NCBI GenBank assembly: GCA_003660905.1
Contig: QMVB01000001.1
Span: 1-51,584, forward strand
Length of the DNA stretch: 51,584 nt
Source: Candidatus Nanohalarchaeota archaeon
GTDB taxonomy: Archaea; EX4484-52
Direction: 5' to 3'
Shown here: in pieces, positions 29,274 to 37,419 of the stretch
Layout of the letters: the number at the start of each line of letters is the position of its first letter
Position numbering within the stretch: position 1 is the stretch's first letter
Program-made: the position numbers and the translations under genes
Notes under the pieces: generated by a model
Seen by the model: only the letters and a program-made list of their open reading frames with translations
Databases searched by the model: none
Told to the model about the DNA's origin: nothing

Positions 29274-29942
29274 TTGAAAATATCTAAAACCTATGAAAAA
29301 ATACGTGAAATTTGGTTTTCTCATAAATATGGATTTACTAATTCTAAAAAACATGCGAGAGAACTTTATAAAATATCAGATACGCCTCTATTTCAGCAAT
29401 TCGAAAAATGCGTTGCTATACCAATATATGCTACTTTAGTGAGGGATGGATTGCGAATATCTTATCTAAATGATGAAGGTCGAAGAAAAGAAATTGAAGA
29501 AATCAGAAATGAAGCACGAAAGAGGTATGGAAGGCGTGCAATCAAAATATTAAACATAAGTTCTACCAGCGAACTTCAACGAATTGTTGAGTATCTAATT
29601 GACTTAAAAATAAAAAAGAACTACAATATGTTTGATTTAACAAAAGAGTTCGAGAAAATATTGGATAACTGGGAAAAAATTACTTTGTTTGTAAAATCAG
29701 AACAAGAACACAATATTGATTATATCTTAAAAGAGATTAATTGGCACATTGAACAAAAACAGGAGTTGTTCTTCATATTTGCGTATAGTTCGGCGATTCA
29801 GAACACAATTGAAGCAATAGCAAATCTTATTAATGAGAGCATATTTAAGAACAACAACTATTTATTTGAATCAAAAATAGAAGTAGATAAAGCTAAAAAG
29901 GAAAAATACAAATGCATTTTTGAAAGGATAATTGCCTGTTAA
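29274..29942 (+). CDS. Hypothetical protein (222 aa), no family recognised
   Basis: ORF with a TTG start in the track, and the frame stays open further upstream. Very AT-rich, soluble, Lys/Glu-rich. Lies directly downstream of the RHH-like micro-ORF. Confidence 0.5.
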   Translation: MKISKTYEKIREIWFSHKYGFTNSKKHARELYKISDTPLFQQFEKCVAIPIYATLVRDGLRISYLNDEGRRKEIEEIRNEARKRYGRRAIKILNISSTSELQRIVEYLIDLKIKKNYNMFDLTKEFEKILDNWEKITLFVKSEQEHNIDYILKEINWHIEQKQELFFIFAYSSAIQNTIEAIANLINESIFKNNNYLFESKIEVDKAKKEKYKCIFERIIAC

Positions 29943-30020
29943 TCTCTCAGATATTGAATCTGCTCTAATAAGATGTTAGTTTTGTGTTAGTATTTTTATA
30001 CTTAACATACCTATTATACA

Positions 30021-31031
30021 ATGAAAAAAGCAATTTTGTGGGAGAAAAAAAACAGTTTTATACAATGCCATCTGTGCCGCCACAGTTGCATGATTCCAGA
30101 GGGCAAAACAGGCATTTGCGGCGTTAGGATAAATAAAGAAGGAGCATTGTACAGCAAGGTTTGGGGAAAGACGACAGGCATTGGAATTGACCCTATAGAA
30201 AAAAAGCCGCTGTTTCATTTTTATCCCGGCTCGTCTGTATTATCCTTTGGAACCGTCGGATGCAACTTCAGATGCATGTTCTGCCAGAATTACACAACTT
30301 CGCAGGCGCCGAGAGAAGGCAGATATATTGAACAGGAGGACATAACGCCAGAGGAAATCATAGAACTTGCAAAAAAGCACGACTGTCAATCAATAGCTTA
30401 CACATACAACGAGCCGACAATATTTTTGGAGTATGCTCTTGACTGCATGAAGCTTGCTAAAAAGAACAATATAAAAAATATATTTGTAAGCAATGGTTAT
30501 TTTTCAAAACAAACGCTTGGATTGATTGAACCGTATCTGGATGCAGTCAACATTGACTTAAAATCATTCAACCCGGAGTTTTATTCAAAAATTGTCGGGG
30601 CAAAGCTGGAAGGAGTTCTGGACTCTCTAAAGCTGGTTGCAAAAACAAAAATATGGCTGGAAGTTACAACGCTTGTCATCCCGGGAAAGAATGACTCTCC
30701 GGAAGAGATGAAAAGCATTGCATCTTTTGTCAAAGAAGAATTAGGAGAAGATGTCCCATTTCACATATCTGCTTTTTTCCCGTGCTATAAGATGGCTGAT
30801 GTTCCCTCAACTTCGGCAGAAACATTGGTAAAAGCGAAAAAAATTGCTATTGATGAAGGTCTTAAATATGTTTATGTCGGCAATATTGATATAGAAAGAG
30901 CAGAAGATACCATTTGCCCAAGATGCAAAAAAACAGTGATAAAAAGAAGCAGGTATCTTATTGAAGAAAATAATGTTATTGGCTCAAAATGCAGGTTTTG
31001 CGGGGAGAAAATTAACGGTGTTTTTGAATGA
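30021..31031 (+). CDS. amrS: AmmeMemoRadiSam-type radical SAM enzyme
   Basis: 336 aa. Radical SAM CNFRCMFCQN, an N-terminal CHLCRHSC...GICGVR cluster and a C-terminal CPRC...CRFCG. Confidence 0.8.
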   Translation: MKKAILWEKKNSFIQCHLCRHSCMIPEGKTGICGVRINKEGALYSKVWGKTTGIGIDPIEKKPLFHFYPGSSVLSFGTVGCNFRCMFCQNYTTSQAPREGRYIEQEDITPEEIIELAKKHDCQSIAYTYNEPTIFLEYALDCMKLAKKNNIKNIFVSNGYFSKQTLGLIEPYLDAVNIDLKSFNPEFYSKIVGAKLEGVLDSLKLVAKTKIWLEVTTLVIPGKNDSPEEMKSIASFVKEELGEDVPFHISAFFPCYKMADVPSTSAETLVKAKKIAIDEGLKYVYVGNIDIERAEDTICPRCKKTVIKRSRYLIEENNVIGSKCRFCGEKINGVFE

Positions 31032-31081
31032 AACTCCCGCCGGAGCAGAGCTCCGAGGTATTGAACCTATTAATGAATAAA

Positions 31082-31173
31082 CTGAAAATTTTGCAAAAAA
31101 GTTTATTTTTGGCATAAAGAATTTTGCTCTAAAATAACCAAAATATCGATTTGCAAAATTATTTTCCTGTTCA
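31082..31173. repeat. Diverged third copy of the ~93-bp repeat (same orientation as copy A)
   Basis: Two blocks align with copy A, separated by an extra ~13-nt insert. GTTTATTTTTGGCATAAAGAATTTTGCTCT aligns with GTTTAGTTTCGGCAAAAAGAAATTTGCTCC, and GCAAAATTATTTTCCTGTT aligns with GCAAAATTCTTTTCTGTT. Confidence 0.6.
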
Positions 31174-31257
31174 GATTTAAAAAATCATATAATATTCATA
31201 TACTCCAATTACAAACAAACATATATAAATTTAGTGTAAATTCAAAATTGAACAAAA

Positions 31258-31842
31258 TTAAGCAATAACTTCAATCTTCCTTACAATCATTTCCCGGCAT
31301 GGATATATTGTCTTTACTCGCCTTACTATCTCTGCCTGAAGTTTTCCTGCATTTACAGACGGAAGGAAGTTCTCTATTGTTTTGCTTGAAGAGCATTCCT
31401 TTTGGATTTCTTTTTTTACTTTTGCCCTCAAAGAGTGCATTACAGCAGTAGAAACGCGGTTTGTTGTAATTAGAACTGTTTTTATCCTTATTTTTTCATT
31501 GTCGAATTTCAGTATTTCAATGTTGTCGATTCTCGAACTGCCTCTCCTTACAGCCATCATAATCTGGTTTTTGTTAATTTCCTGTCCCATGTATTTTGTC
31601 ATGCAGATATTTCCTTCGCTGATTTCATTTAGCTTGAATTTCAGCGTAACATTGTGGTCCCTGACATTTTTTGTCAAAGTGCCAAGAGAAGTGTGCGTTA
31701 TTCTGCCAAGAGGAGATTTGTTTTTCATAAATACAGTATGACCTATTATTTCATTGCCTAAAAAAACAGGAGGCTTTATCGGAATCCATTTTTTTTTCAG
31801 CCATTTATCCTTGTATTTTATTTCTGCTTTTTTTATTACCAT
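31258..31842 (-). CDS. rps3ae: Ribosomal protein eS1 (S3Ae)
   Basis: 194 aa. Has KKKWIPIKPPVFLGNEIIGHT and the length and basic character of S3Ae. Confidence 0.85.
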   Translation of the reverse strand: MVIKKAEIKYKDKWLKKKWIPIKPPVFLGNEIIGHTVFMKNKSPLGRITHTSLGTLTKNVRDHNVTLKFKLNEISEGNICMTKYMGQEINKNQIMMAVRRGSSRIDNIEILKFDNEKIRIKTVLITTNRVSTAVMHSLRAKVKKEIQKECSSSKTIENFLPSVNAGKLQAEIVRRVKTIYPCREMIVRKIEVIA

Positions 31843-31912
31843 TATTTGCCGGTTTATTCAATTACCTCTTTGTTGCGTAGTTAAGAATAATTAACTACTT
31901 TTTTAAATCTTT

Positions 31913-32512
31913 GTGTTATCCAGTATAATAAGCTTAAAGGTTGATATACTGGCAAAGAAAAAGGTAAAATCAAAAGAGACAAAAAAGACAGGATTGAAGA
32001 GGACAAAAAAGGCAGAGCAGACTGTATCCCATTACCAAATAGGCGGTACTGGAAGCAGTGGCTCCAAAACATCATCTTTTGAGTCTATAGTTCGTATTTT
32101 GAAAACAACGCTTGATGGTTCAAAGCCGGTTAAAATGGCTTTGCTCAGGATAAAAGGAATCGGATACAACTTATCTGTTTCAATATGCAGAACTACATCC
32201 ATAGATGAAAATAAATTGCTCAGGGAACTGACAGAAAAAGAAATTGAAAAAATTGAGGATGTTGTCTGCAATGCAGATAAAAGTCTTCCCGGATGGATGC
32301 TTAATCGGAGAAATGATTATTTCACAGGAAACACATCGCACATTTTCGGTCCTGAACTGACAATGCAATTGAGGGATGATGTTTTAAGATTGAGAAAAAT
32401 CCGGGCATATCGTGGAATAAGACATGAGTTAGGTCTTCCGACAAGAGGACAGAAAACAAAGAATTCCTTTAGAAAGCATGGAGTCGTTGGTGTTGCCAAG
32501 AAAAAAAAGTAA
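31913..32512 (+). CDS. rps13: Ribosomal protein uS13 with Lys-rich N-terminal extension
   Basis: Contains FESIVRILKTTLDGSKPVKMALLRIKGIGYNLS and IRAYRGIRHELGLPTRGQKTK. GTG start in the track, and the exact start is uncertain. Confidence 0.85.
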   Translation: MLSSIISLKVDILAKKKVKSKETKKTGLKRTKKAEQTVSHYQIGGTGSSGSKTSSFESIVRILKTTLDGSKPVKMALLRIKGIGYNLSVSICRTTSIDENKLLRELTEKEIEKIEDVVCNADKSLPGWMLNRRNDYFTGNTSHIFGPELTMQLRDDVLRLRKIRAYRGIRHELGLPTRGQKTKNSFRKHGVVGVAKKKK

Positions 32513-32525
32513 ATAAGTGAGTTAA

Positions 32526-33233
32526 ATGGGAGATCCAAGAAAATTAAAAAATCATTTTTCATCGGTGAGAAGACCTTACGATGTTTCAATGCTTGAGGAA
32601 GAGCGGAACCTGAAGGAAAAATACGGGATAAGAAGAAAAAAGGAAATCCGGAAAATAGAATACCTATGGAAAAGCCTGAGGCAAAGAGCAAGAAAACTTA
32701 TTGCTGAAAAAGACAAAGGAAAAATGGACCTTTTGTTTAAAAAAGTTGACAGCTATGGATTGTGTCAGGGCGAACCTACCTTTGAAAACGTACTTGCTTT
32801 AAAGCTGACGGATGTGCTGGACAGGAGGCTCCAGAATGTAATGTGCAAACTGAATCTTGCCAATACACCTATGCAGGCAAGGCAATATATTGTGCACAGG
32901 CATGTAAAGATTAATGGAATAGTTATATTTTCTCCAAATCACATTGTAAAAAAAGAAGAGGAAAACAACATTGTTGTGAACCCCAAAATATCCAGGCAGG
33001 ACTCTGCTGCCAAACGTGAAAAAAAAGAGGATAAGTCAGAAGCAGAACCAATAAAAAAAGAAGAAGAAATTCAGGAATCTGCAAAAGAAGAAAAATTAGA
33101 TGAGAAAAAAGAAGATGCAACTGATGAAAAAAAAGAGGATAAGTCAGAAGCAGAACCAATAAAAAAAGAAGAAGAAATTCAGGAATCTGCAAAAGAAGAA
33201 AAATTAGATGAGAAAAAGGAGGAGGCAAAATAA
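32526..33233 (+). CDS. rps4: Ribosomal protein uS4 with duplicated acidic/Lys-rich C-terminal tail
   Basis: [10 protein letters not shown]... start and an S4 RNA-binding domain ([16 protein letters not shown]). The tail carries [30 protein letters not shown] twice. Confidence 0.9.
   Translation: MGDPRKLKNHFSSVRRPYDVSMLEEERNLKEKYGIRRKKEIRKIEYLWKSLRQRARKLIAEKDKGKMDLLFKKVDSYGLCQGEPTFENVLALKLTDVLDRRLQNVMCKLNLANTPMQARQYIVHRHVKINGIVIFSPNHIVKKEEENNIVVNPKISRQDSAAKREKKEDKSEAEPIKKEEEIQESAKEEKLDEKKEDATDEKKEDKSEAEPIKKEEEIQESAKEEKLDEKKEEAK
33017..33217 (+). repeat. Perfect 93-bp direct duplication (period 108 nt) inside rps4 3' end
   Basis: 33017-33109 and 33125-33217 are identical by direct comparison, separated by a 15-nt spacer. 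The repeat is in-frame (36 codons). Confidence 0.9.
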
Positions 33234-33234
33234 A

Positions 33235-33630
33235 ATGGCATCTACTGATGAAAAAACAGGCATTGTTCATTTATTTAGCAGTGGAAATAATACTATCATT
33301 ACGATAACAGACATTACAGGAGCAGAAACAATTTGCAGGCATAGTGCAGGAATGGTTACTGACAAGAGCAGATTAAAAGGGACTCCTTATCCTGCTATGA
33401 AAGCCGCAAAGATTATGGCTAAAAAAGCAATTGAAAAAGGAGTTAAAAATATGTATCTTAAGGTAAGGGCCCAGGGAGGAATTAAGTCAAAAATTCCCGG
33501 GAAGGGAGCTCAGCCGGCAATAAGAGCATTAATACAATCAGGATTGAGAATTATAAAGATAGAAGATGTAACGCCTATAGATTACGACAGTATGAGAAAG
33601 AAAGGCGGACGAAAAGGGAGGAGAGTATAA
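33235..33630 (+). CDS. rps11: Ribosomal protein uS11
   Basis: [29 protein letters not shown] start, then [19 protein letters not shown] and IEDVTPI. The ATG lies 1 nt after the rps4 stop. The track ORF beginning at 33208 is over-extended. Confidence 0.9.
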   Translation: MASTDEKTGIVHLFSSGNNTIITITDITGAETICRHSAGMVTDKSRLKGTPYPAMKAAKIMAKKAIEKGVKNMYLKVRAQGGIKSKIPGKGAQPAIRALIQSGLRIIKIEDVTPIDYDSMRKKGGRKGRRV

Positions 33631-33632
33631 TT

Positions 33633-33827
33633 ATGGCAGATACTGTTCTTTCGGAAGTATTGGAGATATTGGAGCATTCAGAGACAAAAGGAGTCACAAA
33701 AGTAAAATGCATAATACTTGATGGCGAAAACAAAAACAAGGTGCTTGTCAGAAATGTGATAGGTCCTATAAGGAAAAAGGATATTTTAATACTTCCAAGA
33801 ATAGATATTGAATCCGGAAGGAGATAA
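33633..33827 (+). CDS. rps28e: Ribosomal protein eS28
   Basis: 64 aa. TKGVTKVKCIILDGENKNKVLVRNVIGPIRKKDILIL matches the S28e OB-fold pattern. Confidence 0.75.
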   Translation: MADTVLSEVLEILEHSETKGVTKVKCIILDGENKNKVLVRNVIGPIRKKDILILPRIDIESGRR

Positions 33828-33839
33828 GGTGAATGAATC

Positions 33840-34013
33840 ATGAAATGCAATTTTTGCTTAAAAGAATTTAAGAACAAAGGTCACTTGTTTGTGAAAAACG
33901 ACGGGACAAAAGTATATTACTGCAGTTCCAAATGCATGAAAAATGCCAAAATAAGAAACCCAAGAAAAACAAAATGGACAGGATGGGCTTTGAAGGCAAA
34001 GGGCAAGGAATAA
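33840..34013 (+). CDS. rpl24e: Ribosomal protein eL24
   Basis: 57-aa ORF not in the track: MKCNFCLKEFKNKGHLFVKNDGTKVYYCSSKCMKNAKIRNPRKTKWTGW..., with TAA at 34011-34013. Confidence 0.85.
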   Translation: MKCNFCLKEFKNKGHLFVKNDGTKVYYCSSKCMKNAKIRNPRKTKWTGWALKAKGKE

Positions 34014-34488
34014 GCGATATTCTTGTAAATTACTAGGCATCATTTAATATAGAGAAAATACCAGCAAGTAAATTATTTGCATATCTGCTATTGTTTTTGG
34101 CATTTATACTGCCTGGTTTTGGTTATCTATATAATAGTGATTTAAATTTATTCTTTGAACTCGATTTGTATAGGTTGCTTTTTCTCTCAATATTTTATTC
34201 AACACCATTAGTCTTAATGGGTGTGATATAGGTTAATAAAGAACCAAGCATCCTTTTTGAAATTGATGAGCGTTCAGAAGACAACGAGGAGTATTATCGT
34301 AAACTTATGCTCTATGTATCGCTATTTACATTAAGTGCTTATTTTATGGCGACTCTTTTATTTTTTTTTGCTTCCAGAATTTCTTATACTGCTTATATTT
34401 ATTCGCTTCCAGTTATAATTATCATAACAACAATAGCACAATCTTTTAAGAAGAAGAAATAAGAATCTATCAAAAGATTATGCCTGTA

Positions 34489-35505
34489 TCAAACCCTGCT
34501 TTTCCTAATCTCAAGCGGATATTTTTTCATTTGTTTTAGTGCCTGATTCCAGCTCAAAAGAATGTTTTTTGCCCCGTAATTTTGTATTACAGATTCAGAG
34601 TTGATTGTAGCCATCCATAGAGCAAAATCAAGAGGCTTGCCTTTGGCAATTGCCGCAACCAAAGTGGATGCGAAAGCATCTCCTGCGCCTGTCCTTTCCA
34701 GTGCCTTTATTTCTTTATGCGGCTCAAATTCATACAATGTTTCGCCGTCATAAGTATATGTTGTATTTTTGCCGTCAGTTATGCATATAATTTTCACACC
34801 AATGCTTCTTATTTTTTTCAGCAAATCAATCATGTTTTCCCTTGAATCTTTCCCATAGAATTTTTTGACTTTTCCTGGGTCTGCTTTGGCATCTATTCCA
34901 AGGACGAGACCGATTGCCTCTTCTTTGTTGAATATAATTATCTCAGTATTTTTCAATATTCTGCCGAGCTCTTTCCTGTGGGCTTTTATCTGGTAATAGC
35001 TCGGGTTGAATGCAACATTTATGCCCTTCTTTTGCGCAAAATCACTTAATGCAATCTGGGTTTTGAAAGCATCTCCCATCATCGAGCAAAAGTAAAACCA
35101 TCCTGTTTTGATTCCATCTAAATCTATGTCTTTCATTGTCAGTTTGTTGCTTGCTCCCTTGTATGTCAGAATTGTCCTGTTGTGCTTTTTTGTGTCAAGA
35201 ATTATAGAATGATCATTCATATCCTTTGTTATTTTGCCGACAAATTTTATTTTTTCCTTTTTGAGCATGTCAATAATGTCTTTTTTGAAATGATCTCCTA
35301 TTTTGCCAAGATAAGCAGTTTTGAGCCCAAGCCGCGCAAATGACACTGCGGTATTTGTCCCTCCTCCACCAATAAAGAACTGGATATTTTCCACGGTCAG
35401 CTTTGCGCCGACAGGATAAGATATTGTATGTTCCCGCTCAGCTATATTTGTGTCTACAAAAGTGTCTATCGTTGCAGAGCCTATTGTTGTTATATCATAT
35501 TTCAT
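34489..35505 (-). CDS. PfkB-family carbohydrate/nucleoside kinase
   Basis: 338 aa. Has GGGGTNTAVSFARLG and the C-terminal TGAGDAFASTLVAAI. Confidence 0.8.
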   Translation of the reverse strand: MKYDITTIGSATIDTFVDTNIAEREHTISYPVGAKLTVENIQFFIGGGGTNTAVSFARLGLKTAYLGKIGDHFKKDIIDMLKKEKIKFVGKITKDMNDHSIILDTKKHNRTILTYKGASNKLTMKDIDLDGIKTGWFYFCSMMGDAFKTQIALSDFAQKKGINVAFNPSYYQIKAHRKELGRILKNTEIIIFNKEEAIGLVLGIDAKADPGKVKKFYGKDSRENMIDLLKKIRSIGVKIICITDGKNTTYTYDGETLYEFEPHKEIKALERTGAGDAFASTLVAAIAKGKPLDFALWMATINSESVIQNYGAKNILLSWNQALKQMKKYPLEIRKSRV

Positions 35506-35525
35506 ATATTCCTCCTATTAATTTA

Positions 35526-35891
35526 TTATTTCTTGTAACCAAATATTTTATCGTATTTTTTATGATCAATAATATCTAATATTAATTCAATAATTTCAAT
35601 TTCATTTGTCCTCAAAGAATATACTACTTGCCAATATGATGTAAGATTAAATTTCCATAAGTTGTTGATGCCATAGCCATCAATATATGTTTTTGGAATA
35701 TTTTTTTTTGGCATCTGCATTCCTGCCACGGGATTTTGCTTTAATAAATCAAATGCTTTATTGATTGATTTTAATAATTGCTGATGCACAGATTTATTGA
35801 TGCCTTTTTCTGTTTCTTCTCCTGCTATTTTATTTAGCGTTTGATATTCTTCATTTGCCTTTTTTCCAAGCACTAATTTTATTGGTTTCAT
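35526..35891 (-). CDS. RelE/ParE-superfamily toxin
   Basis: 121 aa. NLWKFNLTSYWQVVYSLRTNEIEIIELILDIIDHKKYDKIFGY matches the RelE/ParE C-terminal core. Overlaps the upstream gene by 4 nt. Confidence 0.65.
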   Translation of the reverse strand: MKPIKLVLGKKANEEYQTLNKIAGEETEKGINKSVHQQLLKSINKAFDLLKQNPVAGMQMPKKNIPKTYIDGYGINNLWKFNLTSYWQVVYSLRTNEIEIIELILDIIDHKKYDKIFGYKK

Positions 35892-36145
35892 ATCTCAATG
35901 CCCTCATCAACTGCCATTTGAAATTTTGAAGTCGGATTGTATGTCCAGATAATACCCTTGTGAGTATCCATAATCATGCCTCTGTTTTCTAAATATTTCA
36001 AAACGATGTTTAGCGTCTGATCCATGATTTTTGTCGGCAGTTTTTTTTTAAGTTCCGTCCTGTTGATGGCTAAATCTTCTTTTTTTAAAACATCTTCTAT
36101 CATAAGTACAGTCTTTAATGTCGGATAATGTAATATTTTTTGCAT
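35888..36145 (-). CDS. Winged-helix putative antitoxin
   Basis: 85 aa. wHTH-like (INRTELKKKLPTKIMDQTLNIVLKYLENRGMI). Translationally coupled to the toxin gene through an ATGA overlap. Confidence 0.55.
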   Translation of the reverse strand: MQKILHYPTLKTVLMIEDVLKKEDLAINRTELKKKLPTKIMDQTLNIVLKYLENRGMIMDTHKGIIWTYNPTSKFQMAVDEGIEI

Positions 36146-36187
36146 TTTATATCACCCATATATAGATATATAGAAAACTATATAAAC

Positions 36188-37396
36188 TTATATATGCACT
36201 TTAATCTTTAATTTATTTACTTTAGGAGCTTTCTTTAATGCCTCCAGCCCCGGAAGCTTCTTTTTTGACAGATAATTGAGCATTGCTCCCCCAGAGAGGC
36301 AGATATGATTAAAGCCTTTTATTTTGAACTCAAGTATAGCATCAGAAGTGTGCCCTCCACCGACAAAGGAATATGCTTTAGAAGAGGCGATTGCATTTAA
36401 CAATGCCAGAGTCCCTTTGCGGAAATTTTTGTCTTCAAAGCTTCCGGGGGTCCCTTTCAAAAATATCGTCTTTGCTTTTTTGATTATTGCAACATAGGCA
36501 TCTATTGTATCCTGCCCGATATCATATATTTCATATTCGCTCGGGAATTGATTTAGCTTTAGTTCAAGGCGTTTGTTATTGTTTTTCACTCCGAAGTCCA
36601 CAGGCGTTTTCATATTGTATTTTTTTATCATCTGCTTTAATCTGTTGTTTGGGAGAATTCCTCTGCCTTTAAGATACTCTGACTGCGCTCCGAAATCAAA
36701 ACCCTGCGAAGTCAGGCAGTTCTGCCCGAAGAGCCCGCAGCAGAGGATATAATCAATATCCTTTCTTGAATTTATCAGATTCATCGGCTCTTCCGGCTTT
36801 GCGCCCCCGAAGATAAATACAGCAGGATGATTGATTTTGTCAAACTTTGCCAGTGCAGTGAGTTCTTTTTCAAGGACAGGACCTGCATAGGACGGGAGAA
36901 CTTTTGGAAACTCGCTCATTGAAGTATGCGCCCTGTGGCAGTTTGAAAATGCGTCATTTATGTAGACATCAGCCAATGGAGCAAGAGCCATCACAATTTT
37001 ATTGTCTTTGATGTTTTTAGGAGGATATTTTTCCTCATCGAGAAATCTTAAATTTTCCAGCAGGATTGCCTTTCCTGCCTTCAGGTTTAGGATTGCTTCT
37101 TTTGCTTTTTCTCCAACAATATCAGGGATGTATTTTATTGCAGTATACTTTCCAATCATCTTTGCGTGCGCTTCTAAATTTGTGAAATCTTCGCCGCCTT
37201 TCCTGCCCTGATGAGCAAGCACAACAAGCTTTGCTTTTTTTTGCTTTATCTGCTTTATCGTCTTTATGTGCTCTAAGATTCTTTTTGAAAGCTCAACTTT
37301 CCCTTGAGAAATAGGGGAGTTTAAGTCAACTCTCAGCAATACAACCTTGTTTTTTAGATTAATGTTTTTATAGCTCGGGTAGGAAGATTTTATCAT
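36188..37396 (-). CDS. pgk: Phosphoglycerate kinase
   Basis: 402 aa. Has LLRVDLNSPI, AHQGRKG and a C-terminal FVGGGHTSDAI. Confidence 0.9.
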   Translation of the reverse strand: MIKSSYPSYKNINLKNKVVLLRVDLNSPISQGKVELSKRILEHIKTIKQIKQKKAKLVVLAHQGRKGGEDFTNLEAHAKMIGKYTAIKYIPDIVGEKAKEAILNLKAGKAILLENLRFLDEEKYPPKNIKDNKIVMALAPLADVYINDAFSNCHRAHTSMSEFPKVLPSYAGPVLEKELTALAKFDKINHPAVFIFGGAKPEEPMNLINSRKDIDYILCCGLFGQNCLTSQGFDFGAQSEYLKGRGILPNNRLKQMIKKYNMKTPVDFGVKNNNKRLELKLNQFPSEYEIYDIGQDTIDAYVAIIKKAKTIFLKGTPGSFEDKNFRKGTLALLNAIASSKAYSFVGGGHTSDAILEFKIKGFNHICLSGGAMLNYLSKKKLPGLEALKKAPKVNKLKIKVHI

Positions 37397-37419
37397 ATGC
37401 CAAATATATGATTTAATGT

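Noticed and set aside
31032-31257. rRNA, RNase P RNA, SRP RNA or extra tRNAs in the long spacers (5164-5832, 31032-31257, 34014-34488, 40765-41335, 45369-45526).
   Set aside because: I found no conserved cores (for example the GAGGAAAGUCC-type RNase P motif or 5S-like GC-rich stems) and no further cloverleaf-compatible acceptor/T-arm pairs by eye. This needs Infernal or tRNAscan to be definitive.
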